Below are positions 22,701-35,300 of a DNA stretch of 64,000 bases, in pieces. The notes beneath the pieces are model-generated. The model had not been told where the DNA came from. It saw only the letters and a program-made list of their open reading frames with translations, and ran no database searches. The stretch's first letter is position 1. Each line of letters starts with the position of its first letter. The position numbers and the translations under genes were made by a program. This DNA comes from Balanoglossus misakiensis (Eukaryota; Animalia; Hemichordata), in the NCBI GenBank assembly GCA_040954595.2, contig CM082584.2:4592110-4656109 (forward strand), read 5' to 3'.

Positions 22701-25700
22701 GAAACCTGTCATTATGGACACCTCTCTTATCAGGACACCTCTCTATTAAGGATAGATTTTCCAGTCCCAGAGGTGTCCTCAATAGACAGGTTTCACTGTA
22801 TAAGTATAGAGCCATAAACAAAGCAAAGTAGTTAATTCATTAACTTAATTAAGACACTAATTTTTGTTGTAGAGTGTTCCACTTAACTGTGATGGTGGTC
22901 AAGAAGAAGCGAACATTGACGATACTGTTTGTAATATCAACAAGAAACAAAGAGTTGCACATGAAGCCAAATTTAATATTGTAAGTATTGCCCTGTCACA
23001 GATCACCCTATTTCAGCCCAGGCAATTATTAGGCCAAATAAAAAAAATATGTGTTGTTCCGATTACATGGTTTTCAAAAATAGGGTAGGTAGGTAGGGAA
23101 ATTTTTTTATTTTGCAATTTTTTTTATATCTTTGTCCGCTGTAGTGTTGAAGAATGACGTCATAATTCTTGCGTGATTCGTAATTTTCATAAATTTTGTA
23201 TATTTGACATCATTATTGGTACTTCTGGGTTTACGAAGCTCTGAAAAGTTTAGGGTCGGCGGGTTAAAATTAGGGTAGGTCGGGTAACAGAAAATGTTAT
23301 GTGTCTGTTTCACATTCACTGTACATGCAAGTATGTCTTCTTTTATTCGTAGTCAAGTAGAACCAAGAAGATCAGAGTGCACCCACATTTTCAACCAAGT
23401 CCAGCCCAAGTATGCCACAACAGATACATTGCAATACAAAAACAGATGGAAGAGAACAAAGCCTCATCCAACAAGGACAGCAGAGTTGTGAAACCCTCCA
23501 GCCAGGGACCCCAGTCAAGAACGGCCAGGAAGAGTGCAGTGTCACTCAAGAGTCCCCCATCAAAAGAAGACAGTCAAACGCTGACAAAATCACAACCTAA
23601 GAATGTCAAGAGAACTGCCCATACACCCAAAGCTGTAAGTTACAATTACAAGTGTTGGAGCCCCCTAGAGCTGCCACTTTTTGCATTATTTTCACGATTT
23701 TACTTTCCAACTTACATTGTAGGTTGGTCCATCTAAATACTGTAAAACGGGAAATTTTCACAACCGGAAATTTTTGCGATATCAAAACAGGCAACTGTTA
23801 CGAAACGATTAATTTTCGCGTTTTCACTAACTGCATTGTTATCTCTGCATCGTTATGTCCGAAAAACAGTTTACACGACTTTTTATTTTCACGTTTTTTG
23901 GGCTCTTGCGTATTTCACGAAAATTTATTTCTCGCGAAAATTACCCGTTTTACAGTAAGCATACTGATCAGTACACATAACCATCTTATTGATGTCCGAT
24001 TGTGGCTGTATGTTGCCATTTGAAATGGGTGCCACACCATTTAATCAGCCTCCATACAAAGAGTACACTACTATCGTTGTATGTGGTCACCAAGAGAAGA
24101 CAAACTGATCATGCAAATACAAGTAATATGGCTTAAAACGGTGAGAATTTCAATAGATAGGGAGAAGATTTGAACTATTTTATTGTGAAAAGAAATGGCA
24201 GCTCATGAGGCTTTAAGCCCCAGTAACTCTAACTTTTGGTTATTTTTTCACTATTTTTCTCCCGTGGATCAATTCTAGTATCTCTGGATAGCTTTATGAA
24301 ATGTTCAGTCTTAAGCTTCTCAACAAAGCCTGTGTATGAGTAATGGCCAATGTTATTGTTCAAAAATGAGTTGTGTTTTATCATTGCTGGGACTGTTAGT
24401 GTTAATTGAAATAAATTTGTGTTTGATTTTTTCCATAGATCTTATCAACTAAACCAAGACCTATTATTCCTGTTGAATATGGTAGTAAAATACCTGCCAA
24501 CATTCGACAAAGATACCTGAACACATTCATTGATGAGTGTTTGAAATTCTGTCACAGTGAAGATGAAGCTTTCAATAAGGTAGTAATATAATTAAAGGTA
24601 TACAGTCATCTCCAATTTACATACGCCTATATATAGCTGAAATGGCGTATTTGTGCGTTCTAAAGAACGTAAGGTGGCGCTCTTTTTTTCGCGTGTGCCA
24701 CCCACTGAAAATCTGTGATTGGCTAGATCTCAATTTGCCATGGTAACTGTCCCTTTAATGCGGCCAAGCCATAGTAAGTCAGGTTGAGTGATTGTCTTGT
24801 ACAGCATCCTAATCCTAATGTTTGTAAAAGGTCTGGCTTTACTTTTCTCTTTCTATACTCATCACAGGCATTGAATGAAGAAAAGCTTGTGTATCAGAGG
24901 TGCTCCAGTCGAAATATCTACTTAAACCTGTGTATCAACACTGTCAAAAAATTACGGAGTCTTCAACCACAAAGCAACAAGGAAACCAAATCAACAACTT
25001 CCCAAAGGCCAACCATTTCCCATGAGGCTGTGTTAGGTGGCAAGAAAGCAGCCCAAACTACATTTACAGTGCATAGGTCTGGTTACCATAGAAATGATAA
25101 TATTGTGATAAAAGGTAAACAATGACCAGGTGATAAATGTATAGGCATGAAAGATCAATGTATATTATATGGTCATTGTGAAATTTCTGAAATGTGTCTG
25201 TCTGTCTCTTGGTAGCTGTTTGTCTGTATGTGATGTTTTTGTCATTGTACTTTCTGTGTAATTAGTGAACTATATGTGTTTGTTGAGATAACTTTGTTCC
25301 ATAGTGACTAGTATGCTGAAAATGATTAAGAAAATTTGTGAATTTGTATATGAAAATTGGTAGTGACCATCCTATTCCCATAAGTACATGTATGCGAGGC
25401 AAGCAAAGTTGTACCAATTCAGTGTTTATGTTAGCGTAAAAATTGCATATTCTGTCTATGTACGAATAATCAAAATGGCTTACGTACTACACATGTGCAC
25501 ATATTTCTGTCTGTGAACTCAAAAATTAACATCATTTGCGTATGTATCGTATGCGTTCAAAGCGGGTCTCATCACAAACAAGTGGATAGGTCATTCAAGT
25601 TCTACGAATTTTTCCAGTACAGTGTACAGTGTACTCAACCAGAAAAAAACTAACGGACACACTTTGCGTGCTTTTTTCATTTTTGCAACTTCCTTTTTTT

Positions 25701-28700
25701 TCAGGTGCGGTGTTTTATAAAATGTTAGTACCTTACATATTAAGAGAAGAGCAGTTAGTGGGAAACGGTTTCCCAAGACCATTACCAGATCATCCTGGTA
25801 GAGCTATCATACTCCAAACCGACAAAAAGAAGTCACAATGTGCAAAAGGTGAGTTGAAAATAGCGTTGTGCTCCTATAAGCATACTGCATCTTTAGACTA
25901 CAAGTCGAATTATTTTAGCCATTTTCCTCGGAAAAGCTAACAACAGAACTCAGCCATAAAAAGCTTGGCTCACCTGAATTATATCTTCATTTCACATCAC
26001 TTGTGTCTTTGTCTCTTTAGATGACTTTGTTTTGATTAACCCTCTAACTCTTTTGATCCAGATCCAGTGTGGGAGTGCATGTATGTCATTGACTGAGACA
26101 GAGACTAAATGCTGTGATGACTTGTTTTTTTTTTTAAATCACCAACAGATAATCAAAGAATTTGTGATCGTTGTGGTAAAACATATGCTGTGAGTACAAG
26201 GGGTCAGTACATCACAAAAGAAGAGTGTATCTATCACTGGGGAAAACTCTGGAAGAAAAGATGTAAGTTTCCTTTTCAAAATTCAATCAAACTTGTCTGC
26301 AGTGGCCAGTCAAAGGACTCTCCTGAGGTGGCCTGTTTTTAGGCAGGTGGCCTTTATAGACAGGTCAAATTAATGCACTCGTAAATTGCACAGGGACTGT
26401 TACAAAATGGCCATAGCCAACTTTCCACAATATGGAGGTGGCCACTAACACAAGTTTGACTGTAAAACAACATCCCCTGCGAGTGTTTAAGTTGACCTTT
26501 TTCAAATGTCATTGGTCTGCAGAGATTTCCAAGTGAAATAACTCTGCAAAAAATGCCATATTGGTGAGCTCTTTTGTGTGCAGTGTATCTTCAATGTTCG
26601 CTGCCAGTCTCTGCTGTTATTTTGCACTGCTTCAAGCTCTCAATATCAAACACCAACTAATCTGCTTCAGAGAAATACTTTATGTTTCTCATGGTTGATA
26701 TCGATAATTGTGTCACTGAAATGCTGATAACTGGGAGGAACCTAGTCTGGTCCCTGTCCCATTTCCACCGCTGGCTATGCCACGCTAAAGCGAACGGGGT
26801 CAGGTACGGGCCGATCTTGGCCAAAAACCTGGCACGCATATTATAATGAAACAAAGATCATGTGATCATAAACAAGATGGATGCCTTCAATGTCCGTATG
26901 CCAATGAGAGCCATGTTTACAAAAGCCCGTGCCTGACCCTTTCCCTTTAGCGTAGCGCAGCCAGTGGTGGGAATGGGGCAGGGGACCAGACTGGGAGGAA
27001 CCATGCACCAAGGAAGGTGTATCATCTAAATGTAGTGTATGAAATAACTCATCATTCATATTTTCTGATATTTTCTACATTTGCTGGTGATGGTTGTATA
27101 GCTGGAGGAGCAATCGAAAGTAGATATTCTTGTTGCAATGGTGATGTGCAGATGAAGGGCTGTTGTGTCTGCAAGGTAAGATCATTTCACTGATATGAAT
27201 ATGATGTGGCAGGTGGTCTTGGAAGTGTGTAGTTGTTTAGTGCACAAAAATCAAGTTCTCTACAACTGCTGGTAAGATTGCTATCACACTTGATGGGCAT
27301 GTTCCAAGTTAATTTTGTTTTACATTTCCGTATTTATATATGGTTAGGTCATATCTGCTTGCAAATGTCACCTGTAATTTTTATTCTTGCGTACACTTCT
27401 TTATGTGGAATCCCCAGATGGGACCACAGTATCCGTTTATTCCCTTGGCAAGATTTTTACTCTCATAATCCTACAAACGGAATGGAAGTTGTGCATGGTC
27501 ATACATTGATTCACTACATATCCACAAGTACAACAACATAAATGATGTCGTGCATCAAACGTAATTAATGGAAAAAGAGCAGCGAGAGAGAGACTTTGTC
27601 CCTTTAACACAACAATAATTTGGGGTTTCAGCTAAATTACATTTTGATTTGTCCTTCTGTGTCTCTGGACGGGTGTAGCAATAGCATGCTACCACTCCAC
27701 AGTGGTTCAAGACGACCCTCTTGTAATTATTCGCTTGAATGATTAAGTTCATTGGACCTGATTAGATGTCTTTTTTCTATCACCAGCTACATGTCAGCAA
27801 TATTAAAGGTGGTGACCTGCAGGGATTTGTGAAGACAATGGCCAAGTCACCTCCTGACGATGGGAATCCTGGGCTCTATGCCTTGGACTGTGAAATGGTA
27901 TGTCTGATTTGCAAATGTTTTTTTTTGTGAGTTCCTTCAGACATATTTTTGACGGATGACAGTTGAGCTGTGGCCATGTGGGCGACATGTATGTTGAGAA
28001 GATTAGCACTATGTGTTTAATCCGGCCTCTAGCTTGGATTGGAGCTGAACAAAACACTATGGTTGATACACAAAAATACTCAAAAAATAGGCAAAAGATA
28101 CAGACAGAAGAGTTTTAACCTTTTCACCACCATGGTTCAGTCTAAACACATTGTTTTCTATGGTAAGGGTGGACCTCAAAAGAGGGAACTGGGGGTGAAA
28201 GGGTTAAAGTGTGCTGTGTATGTGTATTCTGAACAAAATGGGAGCCTTATTATCTATAATCAACCATGAAACTCAACAGTACAAATCTTGTTTTTTTTGC
28301 TTACAGTGTTACACTACTATGGGTCTGGAATTAACAAGAGTAACTGTCACAGATGAAAACTGTGAAGAAGTGTATGATACATTGGTCAAACCAGATAATA
28401 TGATTATAGATTATAATACCAGGTAAGAAAATTAAAGGCAGAGATGTTTGTTAGCTGCTCTGCACATTAGCATTTAATCATGGGGGAATATGCGATTGTT
28501 GTTTCTGTTCGTGTACTTCTACATCGATGAGTGGAACATTCTGACCAAATATTCAAGATAAAGAATTTCACACTCCCAAGGACCTGGCATCATATTTCTC
28601 ACACGAGTTGGGGATTTTCTGCGGCTTGTGTGGGACAAAATATCCCTGACGAGTGTGAGAAATATGATCCCAGGTCCTTGGTGTGTGAGATTCTATTTCT

Positions 28701-30336
28701 CACACGGTCACAAATTAGCCAAATTCGTTAAAAACATTGAATAAATGACTCTGGAACTGTCGTCTGGGCATGTTGTAGTCTCTGTCCCTATGATACACAT
28801 CGCGCCATTGGATAACATTGAGTGCACGTTAGCAAAAGAACGCTTTGTCAACCAATCAGCGCTCGCGTCATAAACAGCTTTCGATTCAGTGAGAGTGTGG
28901 GATCGATTTGTTCTCACACTCTGTTCTCACACTCCCAGCGTGCCTGGAGTGTGAGAACATTCTGTGACAGCTGTGTCTGACTTTCCCACTGATTTCCCAC
29001 TGATATTTCTAGGTTCAGTGGAATCCAAGAGGAGGACCTTGCACCAGTGACAACCATTTTACGAGACGTCCAAGCGGTCTTGCTCAGCAAATTTAGTGCT
29101 GATACCATATTGATGGGACACAGTTTAGAAAGTGACTTACTGGCTTTGAAGGTAGTGTACAACATATTTACAGTTAGGAGAAATTAGCAAGCTGATTGTA
29201 GTTTTTCAAGTGAAGTTGACAGTTGGGTATTCCATGCATAAGACTTTACATACAATATAATTCAAATTCATTATTCATTGTTTCTCAATAGATTATCGTA
29301 TGCATTTGAACCAAATATTCTGGTGTTACAATGTACATGTATATCATGCATGTGTATATCTATTCTGGTCCAAATGCATCATTGACACCATTTTCCTATT
29401 TAGGTTACATTAGTCCACTTTCTAGTTGCTATGGTAATGCTGTGATGTATTGAGCTAAAGACAAAAAAGCTGACAGTGTTTATCTTTTGACAGATGATCC
29501 ACAGTACAGTTGTTGACACATCAGTGGTGTTTCCACATCGACAAGGTCCGCCTTACAAGAGAGCACTGAGAACACTTATGGCAGAATATCTGAATAAAAT
29601 CATTCAAAATGATGGTAAGTCTGTTGCAATGACTATTGTAACACACCTCATCCACAGCCTGTGTTCTCATTTGTCAATTGATAGTCACATGGTTTACGTT
29701 CTTTTTGTGCTGATCCATATAAAACGACGTCATCAGTCATCAGTTGTCGGAACTGATGCCTGGTGGGCATCAGTTCCGAAAAATGTTGCCCGCTCACTTC
29801 AAAAACAACATATGCACGTGCGCGAAATGGGAAGTAAACAAAGATGTCGTCTGTTGCCGAGGGAAACAGTAGTTGAGAAATTTCACCATACACTTTGTGT
29901 ATCGGGAGTTCTTATGCGTAGCTGCGGATGAGATGTGTTACAAAACACATATTGACTGGCTTTTTTGGCATCAGAATACGTCTTTCACCCCTCGGGACTG
30001 TGAGTCACCCCCAAAATGTATGTATGTATGACATGTATGTGTGTGTGTATGGATGGATGGATGCGCGCGTGTGTGTGTGTGAATGTATAATGTAGCTACT
30101 GTGTCATCAACACATGTACCTACATACATGTACATGAGTTTTATTTTTTTTTACTGATAGCAAGTATGATTTAAAACATTCTGATTTCACTTAAGTTATC
30201 TGATAGAACCAATTTTTAAACCAGTACGTTTATATTTTCAGTTGGTGGACACGACAGCAAAGAAGATGCCAACTCATGCATACAACTCATGAAATGGAAA
30301 GTAAAAGAAGATGCAAAAACCAAGAAATATTTATAG
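19778..30336 (+). CDS. REXO1: RNA exonuclease 1 homolog (DEDDh 3'-5' exonuclease, Elongin A-binding protein 1)
   Basis: 14 in-frame exons: 19778-19877, 20744(or 20750)-22425, 22873-22980, 23353-23634, 24439-24579, 24868-25114, 25705-25848, 26149-26262, 27102-27175, 27787-27897, 28307-28422, 29013-29151, 29494-29614, 30242-30336. N-terminal CPF...[10 protein letters not shown] motif; [13 protein letters not shown]; CIYHWGK; ExoI YALDCEMCYT; Exo[10 protein letters not shown]; Exo[11 protein letters not shown]. Confidence 0.95.
20142..20342 (-). mobile_element. Repeat family F copy in REXO1 intron 1 (TTAAAGGTATA end)
   Basis: 20186-20324 is a close reverse complement of 24610-24748. Confidence 0.7.
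22695..22800. mobile_element. pogo/Tigger-like MITE
   Basis: TA-CAGTGAAACCTGTC...GACAGGTTTCACTG-TA; perfect 14-bp TIR. Confidence 0.8.
23029..23290. mobile_element. MITE family B, one end truncated
   Basis: High similarity to 5067-5404 from TTAGGCC to GGTCGGGTAA. Confidence 0.75.
23659..24216. mobile_element. Family C Kolobok-like element carrying a nested family A MITE
   Basis: Colinear with 44082-44437 once 23740-23957 is removed. Confidence 0.75.
23738..23957. mobile_element. MITE family A copy nested in a family C element
   Basis: TIRs CTGTAAAACGGG/CCCGTTTTACAG. The TA duplication is confirmed by the empty site at 44156-44157. Confidence 0.85.
24592..24758 (+). mobile_element. Repeat family F copy in REXO1 intron 5, TTAA-AGG...CCT-TTAA
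   Basis: TTAA flanks; reverse-complement match to the intron 1 copy. Confidence 0.7.
26734..27002. mobile_element. Long-TIR element with 9-bp TSD GGAGGAACC
   Basis: Element 26743-26993 (TAGTCTGGTCCC...GGGACCAGACTG) with arms of about 70 bp; direct repeat at 26734-26742 and 26994-27002. Confidence 0.8.
27449..27607. mobile_element. Family D partial copy (right arm)
   Basis: Ends GAGAGAGACTTTGTCCCTTTAA like the other copies. Confidence 0.65.
28115..28207. mobile_element. piggyBac-like mini element (TTAA-CC...GG-TTAA)
   Basis: TTAACCTTTTCACC...GGTGAAAGGGTTAA; an inverted copy lies at 55641-55730. Confidence 0.7.
29636..29943. mobile_element. TIR element (TTGTAACACACCTCATCC...GGATGAGATGTGTTACAA)
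   Basis: TIR of about 20 bp; the left ~110 bp recur inverted at about 52365-52480. TSD not evident. Confidence 0.6.
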
Positions 30337-32035
30337 ATATGGCAAACAGTTAATAAAGACATATATGAGATAACAACAGTTGACTTTGGACTTTACTTGA
30401 CACTTATTTTGTAATTAAAGTTATACAAGTGAAATTCTCATGATATCTGTGTATCTTTTTAGTGTATGACCATGATGATTATGAATAGACAGTGTGTGCA
30501 AGTCTATTTAAAGGAGCAAAGTTAGTCATTTTCAACCTTCTTTTGTTGGTTATTTTAGGTTTTTGATTGACTATGAGTATTTGACTTCCCACAACTTTCT
30601 GATCATTGTCCAATAGGCATATCGATTTGGTTGAATTCTGATTGATATGCAAACACACACCGGGATGTGTGTATAAACCTTGTCCAAGTAGGTATGGAGG
30701 AATAATTATTTAAAACAAAAAAATAGACTGTCTTCACTCCCCTATTCAGGCAGGCTGAGCTGAATTATTTAAATACTGTCTGTAATACTTTTACATGTGA
30801 TGATGCTGTATACATCTTTGAATCTATATCATACAGCTTTTTAAAGCTAAATTCTAATACAATTATCAGTAAAAATTGGACAACACAACTGTTGTTAATT
30901 TTGGAAGAGAAGTGTTTAATTCATACAGACAGGGATATGTTATCAAGTTTAGAAGTCCAATAGTAATGAAAGAAGTAACTTTACGCCTTTTATTTGTGGT
31001 CAAACAAAACCCTCTGTATGCCTACATGTATATGACCGGGCAACAGATGCGGTATTTTTTGTCTAAAAAGGCCTAAACGTAGTAAAATTGAAAGAAACAT
31101 AGGCTATGGTGGGATGAGAAAAAAGTTTGATGTTCAGGTTGATAGGTGAAATGAAAGTTCAGTATGTGTAAATTGCAAACTTGTAGGATAAGTACTCTGA
31201 AAGTCTTCTACTCCCACAACCTCCAGATCAACTTAAAGTGCACCGGCCAAAGAAATCTTGCAGTTTTTCAGTTTGGTGTTCTGGTTCTGTGCATCAAAAT
31301 GAGCACGTCATTCTCGTCGATTGTGTTCAACTTTTAATTGATATATGTTAAATCCCCATTTCAGTTTCACGTTGAATTGAGTAGTTAATTTTGGTCAACG
31401 TTTAGACAAATGTTAAAACTACAAAGGCCTAAATTCATCTCTTGCGGGCGCTGTTACATTCGCTGCCCACCAGGAAGAATAATACAGTCGACCGAAATGA
31501 ATCAAACATCTCTCTCTCTAGTTTGGTCAGGTACTCCGCATCTTCGTTCGCCATGGCCTTGCTCTCCGTTCGTTATGGAGACTGCAGTCGAGCCAACGAC
31601 CCGTGCGAGCGGACGGTGGGTACTCAGCCAATCGAAGTCGAGAAGTCACAGACGAAGGGGTCTGTGGTTGATTGTTTTGAACCTAGGTGGTATCATGCCA
31701 AACCTCCTAAGTCGAAATAGATAGATACAATAACATACCCTTTTATGGTAGCTACTAGTATTTTGGAACTGTTTAAATACAACACTATAAAAAAATAGCC
31801 CACTTTCGCCGCTGCCTAAATATTACACTTATTTTTGAAATTTAGCGAGAAAATTCCAAAATCCTAATAAGCCTCAAAATTGAACCTTTCAAAATATTAT
31901 TTTGTTTACGACTAGCACCAGTATTACTGTTTTACGACATTAAGTGTGCTTTCTGCATGCTGCAATCTCTGAGCTTATATCGGATCAGCCAGCTGTGATC
32001 ACCTGAGTCTTGAGGTGGTCAAAACATAAGGCGAT

Positions 32036-32340
32036 ATGGAGTTCCAGGCAGTTATATTGGCAGCTGGCCGAGGTTCACGAATGTTAGACTTGACGTCGAG
32101 TATACCAAAACCTCTGTTACCTGTGGGAAACAAACCATTGATATGGTATCCGATTAATGTTTTGGAAAAGGCCGGATTCGAAGGTGAGACTGAGAGTGCA
32201 ATCAAGATGGCATGCAGATTGTACTTGATTAATTATTTCACAGTCAGTGATTAAACTTGCAGCTCTATCCACAGAGAACGTAGAAATCTTGTTGCTGTTG
32301 TTGTTGTTGTTGTTGTTGATGATGATGTTGTTGTTGTTGT

Positions 32341-32386
<46 letters not shown>

Positions 32387-35300
32387 TGATGATGATGATG
32401 ATGATGATGATCATCATCATCATCATCATCATCATCATGATGATGATAATGATGATGATGCTGTGTCCCGGGGCCTTGCCATACCTCACTATCACATAGT
32501 TGGGTATCGCAACATTGCGTCATGTTTTGTTTTACAAAAAATGTATATTTACATGTAGTTAATAACCACTATAGAAACAAAATCTGATGCAACTTCTGCA
32601 GAATTCACAAAACATTTGTTTCATGGACAATGATTTCTTTTATTGTTTACTTTATGTCACACTCTGCCAAGGATTATATCGGTAGAAAAGTTAACTTTTT
32701 TATTACACAGCAATTTCTTTCCATTCCTTAAGTTAAATTTCTGCTGTTCATTTGACATTCAACATCTTCAATATTGCATGTACATGTACATACAAAAACT
32801 TGATGAGAGGAAGAAAGCATTGCACTCACTGACTATATTGATGATTTGGTGAATGAATGAATAATTGAATGATATTGTCAATCTTTTTTGTTTCAGAGGC
32901 TATTGTTATATGCTTAGATTCCTCTAGTACTGATATCAAGAATGCTGTGACCAACATGTATGATGTCAAGATCAAATTAGACATTGTCAGTATACCAAAC
33001 GAAGAAGACTTGGGTACAGCAGATTCTCTCCGATACATCAGTGATAAGATTAAGGTTTGTCATTGTCCTTTGTAATCAAAGTAGATTTGTTATATCTGAA
33101 AAAAATTTAATACCAGAATCACGTCTGTGTAAGAATGTTAGGATGAAGAAAACTGACTAGGGGGATTATCACTCGCCAATGTGCAACTTCTACCCACACT
33201 GGAAATCAGACGTTCTGCTGTGTATTTGGCAAGAAGAGGGTTAAATCAGACGGCATGCATTCCAGGTTCTGTCCCAGGATGACATACATGTAGTACAGCC
33301 AAAGGGGTGTGTCAGCTCCTGGACCAATAACTAAATCAAGATATTGGGACACCATACTTATGAATACTGTAAATTGGGAAATTTTCACGAACTTCGCTAG
33401 AGCCCAAAAGACGCAAATGTAAAAAAAGCAATGAAAAATAGTTGCGACAGAACAATGAGGGAGTTATATTGTGAAATGTAACACACCCACTCTGTTCGTA
33501 CTCTGGCAAACTGAAATACGAGAATGTGAAAATTAATACTCATCTCTATTGATATCACAAAAATTTCCTGTCAAGCATATTTTCCAGTTTACTGTAGTTG
33601 TAATGCATCTCTTCCAACAAAAGACTTGCATTTTTCATGAAATTTTGACAATTCTTGTTTGAAAAGTGTATGTCTTCCATGAGAATGTCAATGTGACAGC
33701 ACGAAACAAAACACATTGCTCTGTGTACAGTTTTGTTCTCGTTTTGACTGACTGTCATGGTGCTCAAGATGGCATGCGCCAGATATTTTCTGTGCATTAC
33801 TAAATTACCTGTCACTTCTCTGTTGTAATGTCAGCCTATCTGACTGATTGTTACTTTACTTATTATTATTTCTTTACAGAGTGATATTGTGGTACTGAGT
33901 TGTGATGTAATCACAGATGTATCTCTGCATCACTTAGCTGATGTACATCGGACATACGATGCTAGTGTCACTATGTTGTTAGCCAATTTACCAGATCAGT
34001 CAACAGAACAAGCAACTGTACCTGGCGTCAAATCAAAGAAAAAGCAAAGTAAGATACTTAGCAGTTACATGTACCGGTACTTTCAAAAAGAAGTCACTCT
34101 CCACTTTTTTCCACTCTGGAATTTTTGGTGACTTAGTGTGTAAACCTTAAAAGTTCTGTTGGAAAGAGTAGTGACACCAAGCATTGAACCTTTGCATTTC
34201 AGTTTGCTTAATTTGGGAACACATAATTGATTTTGGAACTACATGTACATGTATAGTAACGTTTCTGTTGCTTCCTACATCAATACACAAATGGGGAAAT
34301 GATTAGTGTACCATTTCCAACAACTACAGCTAAACACGTGAAATGAAAATGATGTGATAGTGGCTTCATATAGTGTACATATCTGCAGGTAATTGTAATC
34401 AAGGCACTTTACAATTATTACCCCTGGTCACTGGACCTAGTTTTAATTCCATTCAACTCGTTTGGGAGCAAACAGCAGCTCACATGCACAGCAGAGCTAA
34501 ACACAAACATTGCAATCTGTGGCCTACCAGGTATCGATTACTTGGAGGGGGGGGGGGTGAGATCACTGTATGGCCTTTTTAAATCTATTATGTGGACTAA
34601 CTGTACTTTGAATTTGGCAGTTCAGAAAGACATAATTGGTCTGGATGAGAAATCAGAGAAAGGAAGACACGTGTTGATGTTAGAGTCTGAAGCAGACATT
34701 GAAGAAACATTCACTGTCAAAGTGTCACTTTTAAAAAAGTAAGTAAGTCACATTAAATGAGTATGAAAACCTTGTGTAAAATATGTAAAGGGACATAAAG
34801 AACTGGTGGCTATGGTACTCTTGATACATGAGTGACTTAAAATGTTTTGTTTTTGTGGAGCGAGACAAAATTAAATTCCATAGTGAAAACTTAATTTGCT
34901 CACAATAAAAAACAAAATTCCATGTGTCCATTAATATACAAGATAGTGGTACTTTTTTTATTGGAACAAGACTTGTTATACACTTAATGGCCAATGTATC
35001 ATATTCATATGCAAACCAGTTTTGTTTTGAAACATGATCAATTGTGGCTGATAATAGTTCTTTTTTGTTTTACCACATCTGGAATCTACATTGATTTCGT
35101 TTTCTAAATCTGGTCATCCACTGAAGACTGTATCATTGACATGATAACTTAGAGGAACTATGATTTCTCCAGTTATTATCATGTACAAAGTTGATGTTTG
35201 CAAGAACCACCTGATCTGTGAGTAATAAATGTGCTGTAACTATTTTTAACAGACACCCAAGAATCAATATGAAGACATCACTTCTCGATGCACATCTTTA

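Noticed and set aside
26261-27101. Possible U12-type or non-canonical intron in REXO1 because of the weak acceptor
   Set aside because: The donor is a standard GTAAGT, not RTATCCTT, and the GT-AG join keeps the frame.
31410-31724. Two overlapping ~100-aa ORFs upstream of EIF2B3
   Set aside because: No recognisable domain; more likely GC-richer promoter or repeat sequence.
32247-32558. ORFs with poly-L/M/D/H/Q/S tracts on both strands
   Set aside because: They are translations of an intronic trinucleotide microsatellite in EIF2B3 intron 1.
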